A stretch of 64,000 bases of DNA from Longimicrobiales bacterium (lineage in GTDB: Bacteria > Gemmatimonadota > Gemmatimonadetes > Longimicrobiales > Gaopeijiaceae): positions 576,001 to 640,000 of the forward strand of contig OZ220732.1 in assembly GCA_965116905.1 (NCBI GenBank), read 5' to 3'. Every line of letters begins with the position of its first letter. Within the stretch, counting starts at the first letter, position 1. Under the pieces are notes generated by a model. It did no database searches, was not told the DNA's origin, and saw nothing but the letters and a program-made list of their open reading frames with translations. This document shows positions 38,758 through 47,534 of the stretch, one piece after another. The position numbers and the translations under genes are program-made.

Positions 38758-40542
38758 GTGAACATGACCGATGCGGAGATCCGCCAGCGTCTGCGGCTGG
38801 GCGAGGACAGCGGCTGGGAGTTCAAGCAGATCGAATTCAGTGGCGACCGCCCCACGAGCCCCCGGCGAGAGGACCTTGCCGATGAGATGGCGGCTTTCGC
38901 CAACGCGAACGGCGGCGTGCTTATTTGCGGGGTCTCCGACGACGGGCGGCTTCAGGGGATGTCTTCCGGGCAGATGGCCGCCCTCGACCGACTGTTGGTC
39001 GAGGTAAGCACCGATGCCGTGGAGCCTTCCCTCCGCGTCAACGTTCATCATCGGGAACTCGACGGAAAAGCCTTCGTGCTCGTGGACGTTTCGCGGGGCG
39101 ATTCCGTGCATGAACGGGCCGGTCGCGCATTCATCCGGGTCGGCGCGAGCAAACGGCGCCTCGGCGGCGACGAGCGTCTGCGGCTGGCGCAGAGGCGTGC
39201 CCAGAGCCGCTACCTCTGGTTCGACCGACAGGTCGTTCCTCAGACCGGGTTCCACACCCTTCGTGAGCGCCTGTGGGAACCGCTGCTCAGTGCTGCGGGA
39301 GCGAGCGACCCTCGCCGGGCTCTGGAGAACCTAAAGCTGCTGGCGTCCGATGAAGCCGATGTGGACCGGGCGACCGTCGCGGGCGTACTGCTCTGCACCG
39401 ACTCGCCCCAGCAGTGGTTGCCGCAAGCCACGATCATGGCGACGCTGTACCGTGGCAAGGATCGCGCCTCCGGCCAGATAGACTCACAGGAGATCGAGGG
39501 GCCGCTTCCCGCCCAGATCGCCGACGCGGTGAAGTTCGTGGTCCGCAACATGCGCGTCTCGGCACGAAAGACACCTGCTCGCGAAGATGCGCCGCAGTAC
39601 AACAAGGCGGCCGTGTTCGAGGCGGTGGTCAACGCCGTTGTTCACCGCGACTACTCGATGTCGTCGAGGCGCATCAGGCTGTCGATGTTCAAGAACCGGC
39701 TGGAAATCGACTCCCCCGGCCAGCTTCCCAACGGAATGACGATAGACGGCATGGACTCGATCCAGGCCACCCGCAACGAGGTCCTCGCTTCCGTGTTTGG
39801 ACGAATCCCCGTCGGCGACGTTCCCGGGTCCGATCATCGACGCTACATGATGGAACGGCGGGGGGACGGTGTCTCGATCATTCTCAAGGAGACGCGTGAA
39901 ACCGCCGGCGTTGTGCCGGAGTACAGGGTCGTCGACGAATCGAATCTGGTCCTCGCCATCCCGGCCGCCAGACTCGAACTTGTGCGCTCGGACGCCACGG
40001 TCACGGTGCATTCCGAAGGCGAACCGCTTGCTGGCGTCGATGTCCTCGCCCTGTTTCCGAACAGGACCTGGCAGCGGGCAACAACCGACGAGGCCGGTGA
40101 GGCGGAGTTCGATCTGTACACGACGCACCTGCCGATGACCGTGTACGCTGCCGCGCCCACCTATGCCGCCGGGCTGGCACGAGAGTGGACGCCGCACCAG
40201 GGCGGTCTGTTGCTGGAACTGGCTCCGCTCCCGGACGGAGGCGCCGTCATTTTCCCAAATGCTACCGGGAATGTCCCCGGACTGCGCGGTCGGTTGAACC
40301 CGAAACGCGATGCCTCGGACCGGACCTACCTGTACGCCGACAACATCGCTATCGACGAGGGAAGGCAGCAGCCGGTCTCCTTCCGGCTGGGCAAACCGTT
40401 GCGGCTTACGGACGCGTTCGGGGTCGAGATGTCGGTGACCATCGTCGATGTCGTCGGGCGGTCGGCCTTGGTGGAGTACCGAAGCTTTCAAGCGGAGATG
40501 CCGGCGCCTACTCCACCACCCGCAACCGAAACACCCACGTGA
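38758..40542 (+). CDS. Schlafen/AlbA_2 domain + HATPase_c_4 (RecG C-terminal-like) protein with a beta-rich C-terminal extension
   Basis: GEDSGWEFK, AAFANANGGVLICGVSD, EAVVNAVVHRDY, RLEIDSPG, RN, MERRGDG; GGAGG RBS before GTG. Confidence 0.85.
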   Translation: MNMTDAEIRQRLRLGEDSGWEFKQIEFSGDRPTSPRREDLADEMAAFANANGGVLICGVSDDGRLQGMSSGQMAALDRLLVEVSTDAVEPSLRVNVHHRELDGKAFVLVDVSRGDSVHERAGRAFIRVGASKRRLGGDERLRLAQRRAQSRYLWFDRQVVPQTGFHTLRERLWEPLLSAAGASDPRRALENLKLLASDEADVDRATVAGVLLCTDSPQQWLPQATIMATLYRGKDRASGQIDSQEIEGPLPAQIADAVKFVVRNMRVSARKTPAREDAPQYNKAAVFEAVVNAVVHRDYSMSSRRIRLSMFKNRLEIDSPGQLPNGMTIDGMDSIQATRNEVLASVFGRIPVGDVPGSDHRRYMMERRGDGVSIILKETRETAGVVPEYRVVDESNLVLAIPAARLELVRSDATVTVHSEGEPLAGVDVLALFPNRTWQRATTDEAGEAEFDLYTTHLPMTVYAAAPTYAAGLAREWTPHQGGLLLELAPLPDGGAVIFPNATGNVPGLRGRLNPKRDASDRTYLYADNIAIDEGRQQPVSFRLGKPLRLTDAFGVEMSVTIVDVVGRSALVEYRSFQAEMPAPTPPPATETPT

Positions 40543-40580
40543 GCACCTGTCCGGTTCGCTTCCGTGCTGGGGCGGATTCA

Positions 40581-40596
40581 CGTTTCAGCTGAAACG
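40581..40596. repeat. Perfect 16-bp palindrome CGTTTCAGCTGAAACG, copy 2
   Basis: Intergenic; identical to 35313-35328. Confidence 0.9.
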
Positions 40597-40633
40597 CGAA
40601 ATTACGTAGAATACGCATTTTCTGCACAGACAC

Positions 40634-41089
40634 ATGCAAGACAGATACGTCGGTGACATCGGAGACTACGCGAGGCACCGCGATGTGTGGTTCCGGGATT
40701 CGGTGGAATCCCTGAAGGGCTGCGACATCGTCTTTGCAGATCCGGACAACGGCCTGCGGGAGTCAAGAAACTTCAGACCCGGGCAGTGTAGGTCAGGGAA
40801 GAGCATTTGCGAGGATGAAGCGCTTGCTTTGGCGGCAAACGAAAGGCCGGTGGTCGTCTACCATCACAGCACAAGGTTCCAAGGTGGCATTGACAGGGAA
40901 GTCGCGCATTGGCAAGAAAAACTCGGATCTGAGACCTGTGCGGTCGTTTGGAGGCACCGCTCGCCCCGGATCTTCTTCATCCTGAACTGCACCAGGGAAC
41001 TTCGTCAACGAGCCGAAGAGTGGTGCGGACGGTGGAAGCTACAGGAGAAGGTGTACTTCGAGGGCTATCCCGATCGCGCGATCGATTAG
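40634..41089 (+). pseudogene. Probably internally deleted member of the MQDRYVGDIGD...DPDNGL hypothetical (methyltransferase-like) family
   Basis: The N-terminal motif is joined almost directly to WF...IVFADPDNGL; from recollection, homologs have a long segment between these. Confidence 0.55.
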
Positions 41090-41173
41090 CCTCGTTGCGA
41101 GCCAAGCTCCGATTTTCGAAATCGGTCCCGTTGCCCCAGCACCTCATCTCGTCACCCTCGGGCGTGGTCGCCT

Positions 41174-42679
41174 CTACTCCGTCACCCGCACCTGAAACGC
41201 GCCGGTAAGCACCTCTCCGGCCCGCTTCACCTGAACCCAGATGGTATAGTCGCCCGCCTGGGGGAAGGCGTAGGGGAACTCGACGGTGCCGGGAACACCC
41301 TCTCCAGCCTCCGCCATTGGCTGCATCTGCGGCGCCAGCACGGACAGCGAGCCCATCGAGATCGTGCCCGCAGGGTGGAGGTGCACGAACACCGAGCCAT
41401 CGTCGCGGGTGAGAGCCGCATGGCTGATCATGCCCATGTAGGGCTCGAGCGAGGCCGGTTCTCCCGCCGGGTCCAGCACGGCGAACGAGAGCACGACCTC
41501 TTCGTCAACGCGCAGCGCCGATTCCCCGAGCCAGTGCAGGGTCGATCCGTCCGAAGGCGACGCTGAGGCGCCGGGCGCCGACACCGGGGCGGGCGTGCCT
41601 CGCCATGACGAGTCGTCGGGATCCCCTTCGGACAGGGCTTCCGGGGCAGCGCCCGAGTCTCCCTCTGCAAGCGCCCCCGCGTCGACCAGCGCCTCAGCGG
41701 GCACCAGCGCCCCCACCTCCACCAACACCGTGTCAACAACCGTCTGCGCGAACCCGGATTCATGCACGATGTCGCCGTAGATGCGGTATTCGCCCGGTGG
41801 CAGGTCCGGCCACGGAACGCGGAAGGTCGCCGAGTCCACCGGAACCGGGTGAACGTGTGCGAAGGCATCCATGTCGGGCGCGCCGACGACGAACATGTGC
41901 ATGAGCTTGCCGTGGTCGGGCACCAGGGGACTCCAGTTCCGGCCCAACCAGGACGGATCCGTGATCCGGACCTCAAGCATGGGCCCACCGCCGCCGCCAG
42001 TCACCACACCCTCCACGGCCAACCGCTCGAAGATTCCGCCGCGTACATCCCGGTCGACCGCATCCCACCAGGCGTTGCCCCAGTACGCGCCGGTCAGCAG
42101 CAGGGCGGCGGCGCAGGTCATCGCGAACCATCCCCAGCGCCGCTGGGTCGCCTGCACTGCCTCGTCGGGTCCCAGGCGACTCTCGCGCACGGCCGCGCCG
42201 GCGATCGTCACCGCGCCCGCGAGAAGCAGTCCCCCCAGCAGCAGGAGCACCGCGCCCAGTGCAGGTGGCATGTCGAGAACACCCAACATGACCGAGGTCA
42301 CGGGCACGGACGCGGTACCCGCCCCGCGCGAACCCTCCACGGTCACTTCGATGCGGTAGGCGCCCACGGTCATCAGCCAGAGTTCGGCGCTGTAGAGTTC
42401 CGGATCGCCTGGCACGGCCACGGCGGGGTCCGGCGGCGGCGCTCCTCCTTCGGGTGCGGCATCCCAGCGCACGGGGCGCACGGTCACCCGCTCGACTTCG
42501 CCCACGCCACCCGTAACGCGCACCGAAATCTCCGCCAGGCCGGGAACGACGTCGGGCGGACGGACGACAACGGACACCGGGTAGGGCCCTGCGTCGCCCG
42601 CGAAGAAGACGTTCTTGCTGCCGACGTGTCCCGCGGTCGCCAGGTAGAGCCCCGCGACGAGCAGCAGGGCGCGCCTCAT
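41174..42679 (-). CDS. Exported, membrane-anchored His/Met-rich putative metal (copper)-binding protein
   Basis: Signal peptide followed by His; two TM helices; DHGKLMHMF..FAHVHP and PYMGMISHA..FVHLHP motifs; ATGA overlap with the upstream gene. Confidence 0.7.
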   Translation of the reverse strand: MRRALLLVAGLYLATAGHVGSKNVFFAGDAGPYPVSVVVRPPDVVPGLAEISVRVTGGVGEVERVTVRPVRWDAAPEGGAPPPDPAVAVPGDPELYSAELWLMTVGAYRIEVTVEGSRGAGTASVPVTSVMLGVLDMPPALGAVLLLLGGLLLAGAVTIAGAAVRESRLGPDEAVQATQRRWGWFAMTCAAALLLTGAYWGNAWWDAVDRDVRGGIFERLAVEGVVTGGGGGPMLEVRITDPSWLGRNWSPLVPDHGKLMHMFVVGAPDMDAFAHVHPVPVDSATFRVPWPDLPPGEYRIYGDIVHESGFAQTVVDTVLVEVGALVPAEALVDAGALAEGDSGAAPEALSEGDPDDSSWRGTPAPVSAPGASASPSDGSTLHWLGESALRVDEEVVLSFAVLDPAGEPASLEPYMGMISHAALTRDDGSVFVHLHPAGTISMGSLSVLAPQMQPMAEAGEGVPGTVEFPYAFPQAGDYTIWVQVKRAGEVLTGAFQVRVTE

Positions 42680-43929
42680 CTTCGCACCGCCAACATCCAA
42701 TTGCCCACCCAGAGACCCACTCGCGCCGACGCGAACCCGATCGGCAACGCCCACCACGCCATTGACAGGAAGCCCGGGACGGAGATCTCGCCGCCCGAGA
42801 ACCGGCTCGCGCCCCAGAACTCGTACTGCCAGGGACCCGGGGCGTTGTTGTATCCCCAGGTGTCACCCTGGAAGAAGTAGTTGCGTGACGCCTCGGAGAG
42901 CATGAACTCACCGAAATACCAATGCACCACGCCGAACAGGCCGACGAACGCGACGGAACCGAGAGCGGCGAGCCCCCAGTCCACCGACCGTCGGACCGGC
43001 GCCCGCCCTGGTTGCGAGGCCCTCCGCAGGAGCAGGTCGAGCGCGATCGCGGGAACAATCAGCACGAGCGGGAACTCCGGCGCCACCATCCTGTCCACGT
43101 TGCGCAGGATGGGGGCGAGCAGGGGCTCGGCGGGAAACAGGGGAAGCACCCACATCATGATCAGCGTCACGCCCATGTACACCAGGGCAGTCCAGGTGGC
43201 TGGCCAGCGGAGGCGCGCGGCCCGGCCTACCGCGAAAAACACCACCGGGTAGACACCCGCCGAGATCATGTGGAACGTAGGTCCACGCCAGTCGTTCGGG
43301 AACGAGTACTCCAGCATGAGGACCGCGAGCGTCAGAAGGAGCATTCCCGCGCTGTAGGCGTAGGCGAAGCCCAGCAGACGCTGTCCGCGTTCCGACGCCC
43401 GGTTCTGCCACGACAACGCCATGAGCAGGGCTCCCAGCTGGATCGCGCAGATGCCCATGGCCAGTACCACATGGGGCGGGCTGAGAATCTCGACGTCGAG
43501 CCCGTAGGCGTTGTGCCACCAGTCGTCGAGCGGCGCGGAGGTGAGCATGGCGATCGCGCCCCAGATCGCCACCCAGGCCCCGAGCGGCGCGCGAAAGCCC
43601 CACATGCGCACCGAGCGCCCGACTTCGGTGCCGGTGCCGGAAAAGGTCGTCTTCAGGGCCAGCCAGCCGCAGGACAGGCCGGCCGCCAGGCCACCCGTGT
43701 AGACCGCGAGGTGAGCCGGGGTCCAGAACGAGTCGCGCCCGATCGTCCGGTGCCACGAGATGTCCCAGATAATTCCGACGATCACGCTTGTGGACGCCAA
43801 GAGGACAGCGGTCAGGTACCACGGGAAATCGCGTGGCGAGTTGTGCTCGGTGGTCTCGAAGATGTTCGGCCCCCGGGATCTGCGGGTTCGGTTGATAGTG
43901 GGAACCAAAGAGCAATGAAGCTGTACCAT
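42676..43929 (-). CDS. Polytopic membrane protein with two D-x3-H-x12/13-H (PmoC/AmoC-like) motifs
   Basis: WDISWHRTIGRDSFWTPAH and LDDWWHNAYGLDVEILSPPH; many hydrophobic helices. Start codon uncertain. Confidence 0.75.
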   Translation of the reverse strand: MVQLHCSLVPTINRTRRSRGPNIFETTEHNSPRDFPWYLTAVLLASTSVIVGIIWDISWHRTIGRDSFWTPAHLAVYTGGLAAGLSCGWLALKTTFSGTGTEVGRSVRMWGFRAPLGAWVAIWGAIAMLTSAPLDDWWHNAYGLDVEILSPPHVVLAMGICAIQLGALLMALSWQNRASERGQRLLGFAYAYSAGMLLLTLAVLMLEYSFPNDWRGPTFHMISAGVYPVVFFAVGRAARLRWPATWTALVYMGVTLIMMWVLPLFPAEPLLAPILRNVDRMVAPEFPLVLIVPAIALDLLLRRASQPGRAPVRRSVDWGLAALGSVAFVGLFGVVHWYFGEFMLSEASRNYFFQGDTWGYNNAPGPWQYEFWGASRFSGGEISVPGFLSMAWWALPIGFASARVGLWVGNWMLAVRR

Positions 43930-43966
43930 GGATCCATGGCCCACAAGGAAACCTGATGTGACCGGA

Positions 43967-44977
43967 ATGAAGAAGGGGGTCCTGCTGTCGGCTGTCCTGT
44001 TGGCCGCCTGTCAGGCTGACGATGCGAATCAATCCTTCGGCCGAAGCAGCGGAGGTCAACGGGTCTTCGAGACGGCTTCCTTCGACACTCTGTGGACGCT
44101 CGGGGCCGAGGCCGACAGCACCTTCGCTCTTCTATGGTCGCCGCGACGCGCACCCGGTAGCGGCCTGTACATCGCGGACATCGGCAATGCGAAGCTCCAC
44201 CATGTAAACGCCGCCGGGGAGCTCGCCTGGTCGTACGGGCGCAGGGGGCAGGGGCCCGGTGAACTCCTCGAGGTGCGCGTATTCGATGTCGACGCACAGG
44301 GGAATGCTGTCATCATCGACAACCCCAACCGTCGCGTCGTCACCGTTGACCCCAGCGGGAGTCTGGTCAGAGAGTTCCCTCTGCCCCAGGAAGTGGGGTT
44401 CACATCGGCAGTCGCTACGCTGGACAACGGCAACCTCGCCGTGGCCTACCTCGGGGGTCCGTGGGCCTTATTGTCCAATGACGGCAAGTTCCTGCAACGG
44501 ATCGAACCTCCGTGGGAAGGATTTGCCGACAAGCCCTTCCTGGAACTGGTCGGCCAGGCGATCTCCGTGCGGGGGACCGACCGGTGGGTATACAGCTTTG
44601 ACACGGCGGGCGAGTGGATCGTTTTCGAGGATGGCGAGGTTGTGGAACGGTACGCCCACATCGAACACGTCCCGTTCGCCAACGTCATGGTCACCGATAC
44701 CGAACACGGCGGTTCGCTGGCCAGGTACGACGGCAATCCGACCCACACGACTGCCGGTCTGGCCGTCAGAAAGGATACGCTGTTCGTCCTGTACTTTGGC
44801 ACAACGGAACACAGCGGCAGGGTTGTGGACAAGTACGACATCAACACGGGGGACCACCTCGGGTCGCTCCTGCTCCCGGACAAGGCCAGCGGTGTCAGTT
44901 TCGGCCACGATGGCACCGTCTACGCGGTGAGTGACTCGCGGCTGTACTTCACCGTGACCGCATTGCGTTACAGGTAG
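43967..44977 (+). CDS. 6-bladed beta-propeller (NHL-like) lipoprotein
   Basis: MKKGVLLSAVLLAAC lipobox; YGRRGQGPGEL. Confidence 0.82.
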   Translation: MKKGVLLSAVLLAACQADDANQSFGRSSGGQRVFETASFDTLWTLGAEADSTFALLWSPRRAPGSGLYIADIGNAKLHHVNAAGELAWSYGRRGQGPGELLEVRVFDVDAQGNAVIIDNPNRRVVTVDPSGSLVREFPLPQEVGFTSAVATLDNGNLAVAYLGGPWALLSNDGKFLQRIEPPWEGFADKPFLELVGQAISVRGTDRWVYSFDTAGEWIVFEDGEVVERYAHIEHVPFANVMVTDTEHGGSLARYDGNPTHTTAGLAVRKDTLFVLYFGTTEHSGRVVDKYDINTGDHLGSLLLPDKASGVSFGHDGTVYAVSDSRLYFTVTALRYR

Positions 44978-44987
44978 AGGTAGCCCC

Positions 44988-46796
44988 CTACTCCGTCGCC
45001 CTTCTCCGCCCCCTCACCGGCAAGACAATCCGCGAGGGATACTCCCTGCTGTGATAGATGATCTGCCGCGCGGTGTTCCACTCCGTGTCGGTCGCGATCG
45101 GGTTGCCGGTGTTCTGGTTGGGCGCGATTTCCGGGTAGGCGCTGCTCGTCAGATCGATGCGGATCCTGTGACCCGGCTGGAAGGAATGGGCGATGTGGCC
45201 CAGGTCGATCTCGTAGCGCGCGACTTCGCCGGGGGTGAGCAGTTCCTCCCGGTCGAAGCCGTTGCGGTAGCGGGCCCTTATGACGCCGGTGCGAGGGCCG
45301 AGCTTGACCGCCCTGCCGTCGGGATAGACATCCATGATGGTCGCGACGAAGTCGGTGTCGCGCGCGTCGGTGGCCGCGTGGAACTCGATCACGATCGGGC
45401 CCACGACTTCCAACGCTTCCTGAATCTCCTCGCTCGTGTAGACCAGGACATCATCGCGGCGGTGCAGGGGAGTCCGATCCTCACCGAGCGGCATCTCGCC
45501 GACGGAACCGGGAACCGGCCGCTGAGGGTCGAAGGTGAACCGGTCGGGCGGCGAATCGGCTTCGGGCGGTGTCCACTCGAGCGCCCCGTCGCCGACGATC
45601 GAATTCGCCCTTCCTCCACTCGTCAGGTACAAGCTGGTGGCCTCGATGTCCGCCGGCGGATACTCGTCGAATTCACGCCACTCTTCTGCACCGACCACGT
45701 AGATCCGCGCCCGCGGCTGGTCGTAGCTGTCCGCGGTCCCCTTCAGGTAGTGGTCGAAGAACGCGAGGTGCTCGGCCTTGTTGTCGACGAGCGCGTGCGG
45801 CTCGAACTCCATGTCGCCGAGCGTGAGGGTGCCGCCGATGAAGGTCTCGGCATGACCCCACGGGCCAGCCAGCATGTACTGCTCGTCGGCGGCCGGCGAA
45901 TGGGCCATCATTCCGTCCCAGTAGAACATGGCGCCCGGCTGGTCGCCGTCGAACCACCCGGTGACGTGCAGAATCGGCAGGTCGAGTCCCCGGAAGTCCT
46001 CCTCGGTGAAGTGCAGGCGCTGCCAGTACTCGTTGAAGGTGGAGTTCTCGAGGAAGTCGTTGAAGAGCGGCATGTCGCGGCCCATCGCGTCATCCTGCGT
46101 GATGAGCGGCCGGTGCCAGTAGACGGACTCCATGTCGACCCCCTGCATGTTGGCCGACTGACTGTTCCTTCCGGAGGTGTCGTTGATCCAGGCGAGGGCC
46201 CACTGCATCATCCAGGCGCCCCCGTAATGCGGCAGTTCGTGCATCCAGCGCCCGGCCGCGGCGGTCGCGACCATGCATTTCAGCGAAGGCGGATGCTCGC
46301 GGGCCGCCAGCCACTGGTCGGTCCCCAGGTAGGACACGCCCGCAGTGCACACGTCGCCGTTCGACCAGGGCTGGGACGCCATCCATTCGATCGTGTCGTG
46401 TCCGTCCTCACCCTCCTGGAAGAAGAAGTCGAACTTGCCGTCCGAGTCACCGCGGCCGCGGACGTCCTGGATTACGACCGCGTAGCCGCGCTCCGCGAAG
46501 TAGGTGGCCCAGCCGGCGAGGCTGAAGGTCGCAACGGCCATCGTCTTCAGGTACGGCGTCCGGATGATGATGGTGGGGAACGGTCCGCCCTCGGCCGGCA
46601 TCCAGACGTCGGAGGACAACTCGACGCCGTCGCGCATCGGCGTGCGGACGTCGAACATGCGGGTGACCTGCGCGGCCTGAGCGGAGGCCGGGGTGGGGGG
46701 GAGCGAGAAGGTCGTCACCGCGGCCATAGCGAGGATGGCAGACGCCGGTGCGCGCAACCGGAAAAAGGTGGCGGTCTGTTGACCATTGCTTTTCAT
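44988..46796 (-). CDS. Secreted CocE/NonD family hydrolase (S15)
   Basis: PMRDGVEL, RTPY, QDVRGRGDS, GVSYLG, GWFD, GPWGH. Confidence 0.92.
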   Translation of the reverse strand: MKSNGQQTATFFRLRAPASAILAMAAVTTFSLPPTPASAQAAQVTRMFDVRTPMRDGVELSSDVWMPAEGGPFPTIIIRTPYLKTMAVATFSLAGWATYFAERGYAVVIQDVRGRGDSDGKFDFFFQEGEDGHDTIEWMASQPWSNGDVCTAGVSYLGTDQWLAAREHPPSLKCMVATAAAGRWMHELPHYGGAWMMQWALAWINDTSGRNSQSANMQGVDMESVYWHRPLITQDDAMGRDMPLFNDFLENSTFNEYWQRLHFTEEDFRGLDLPILHVTGWFDGDQPGAMFYWDGMMAHSPAADEQYMLAGPWGHAETFIGGTLTLGDMEFEPHALVDNKAEHLAFFDHYLKGTADSYDQPRARIYVVGAEEWREFDEYPPADIEATSLYLTSGGRANSIVGDGALEWTPPEADSPPDRFTFDPQRPVPGSVGEMPLGEDRTPLHRRDDVLVYTSEEIQEALEVVGPIVIEFHAATDARDTDFVATIMDVYPDGRAVKLGPRTGVIRARYRNGFDREELLTPGEVARYEIDLGHIAHSFQPGHRIRIDLTSSAYPEIAPNQNTGNPIATDTEWNTARQIIYHSREYPSRIVLPVRGRRRATE

Positions 46797-46886
46797 GTTG
46801 GATCTCCGGGTAGCCAGGACGCGGATGTGTGAGGCCAGAATAGGCGCTCGCGACGCGGTGCTCAATCCCGTGTTAGGCTGTATGGC

Positions 46887-47150
46887 ATGAAGACGCGCAC
46901 CGTAACCATCAGAATCGACCGGGCACTCGATCGGAGCCTGGACCGGGCGGCTCGGCTGAGCGGCAGAAGCAGGAGCGCCGTCGTGCGCGACGCGCTGGAG
47001 CGACAATTGGCGCTAAGTCAACTGGCCGACTTGCGGCGGCGCATCGTTCCGTTTGCAGAGGCCAGAGGTCTTTTGACCGACGAAGACATCCGTCGGGACA
47101 CGATAGAATCGGAGGGATCGGAGGCCGAACAGGGGACGGCAGCCTCCTAG
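46887..47150 (+). CDS. Orphan CopG/RHH antitoxin-like protein
   Basis: TVTIRID...GRSRSAVVRDAL...PFAEARGLLTDEDI; no toxin follows. Confidence 0.78.
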   Translation: MKTRTVTIRIDRALDRSLDRAARLSGRSRSAVVRDALERQLALSQLADLRRRIVPFAEARGLLTDEDIRRDTIESEGSEAEQGTAAS

Positions 47151-47473
47151 GACCTCGATGCCGCGAACTCGGCAAAGTCGACGCGCAGATCGGTGATCAG
47201 CGCCTCGATCCTGTCGTAGGCGGACTGGTTCTCCTTTCGCATCTCGGCCAGCATCTCGAGGGTCCGGATCTCCGAGTCCTTGATCGCGGTCGAAAGCCTG
47301 AGTTCGACTTCGGAGACCTTGAGTTCGACCTCCGAAATCCTCAGCTCGGTATCCGAGATCGACCGCCCGTATGCCCACGTGGCCGACACGGCCGCGACCA
47401 CGATCGCGAGTATCGTAGCGGTGGCCGTGGCCAGTACCTCCCAGAGCTTGGGCGGTTCAGTCAGTCGCTTCAT
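47147..47473 (-). CDS. Small TM + coiled-coil hypothetical protein with heptad repeats
   Basis: One hydrophobic helix followed by ISDTELR-ISEVELK-VSEVELR (21-bp repeats). Confidence 0.65.
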   Translation of the reverse strand: MKRLTEPPKLWEVLATATATILAIVVAAVSATWAYGRSISDTELRISEVELKVSEVELRLSTAIKDSEIRTLEMLAEMRKENQSAYDRIEALITDLRVDFAEFAASRS

Positions 47474-47534
47474 CCACTCATTGTTACCTTAGACGGCACC
47501 GCAGACAAGCCATGACGAGGACGTTAGGAGCACC

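Noticed and set aside
41109..41125. Hairpin ccgattt-tcg-aaatcgg as an intrinsic terminator
   Set aside because: Plausible stem between convergent genes but no U-tract on either side; not called.
41174..43929. Bona fide methane/ammonia monooxygenase operon
   Set aside because: Only motif-level similarity; no PmoA/AmoA or recognisable PmoB homolog.
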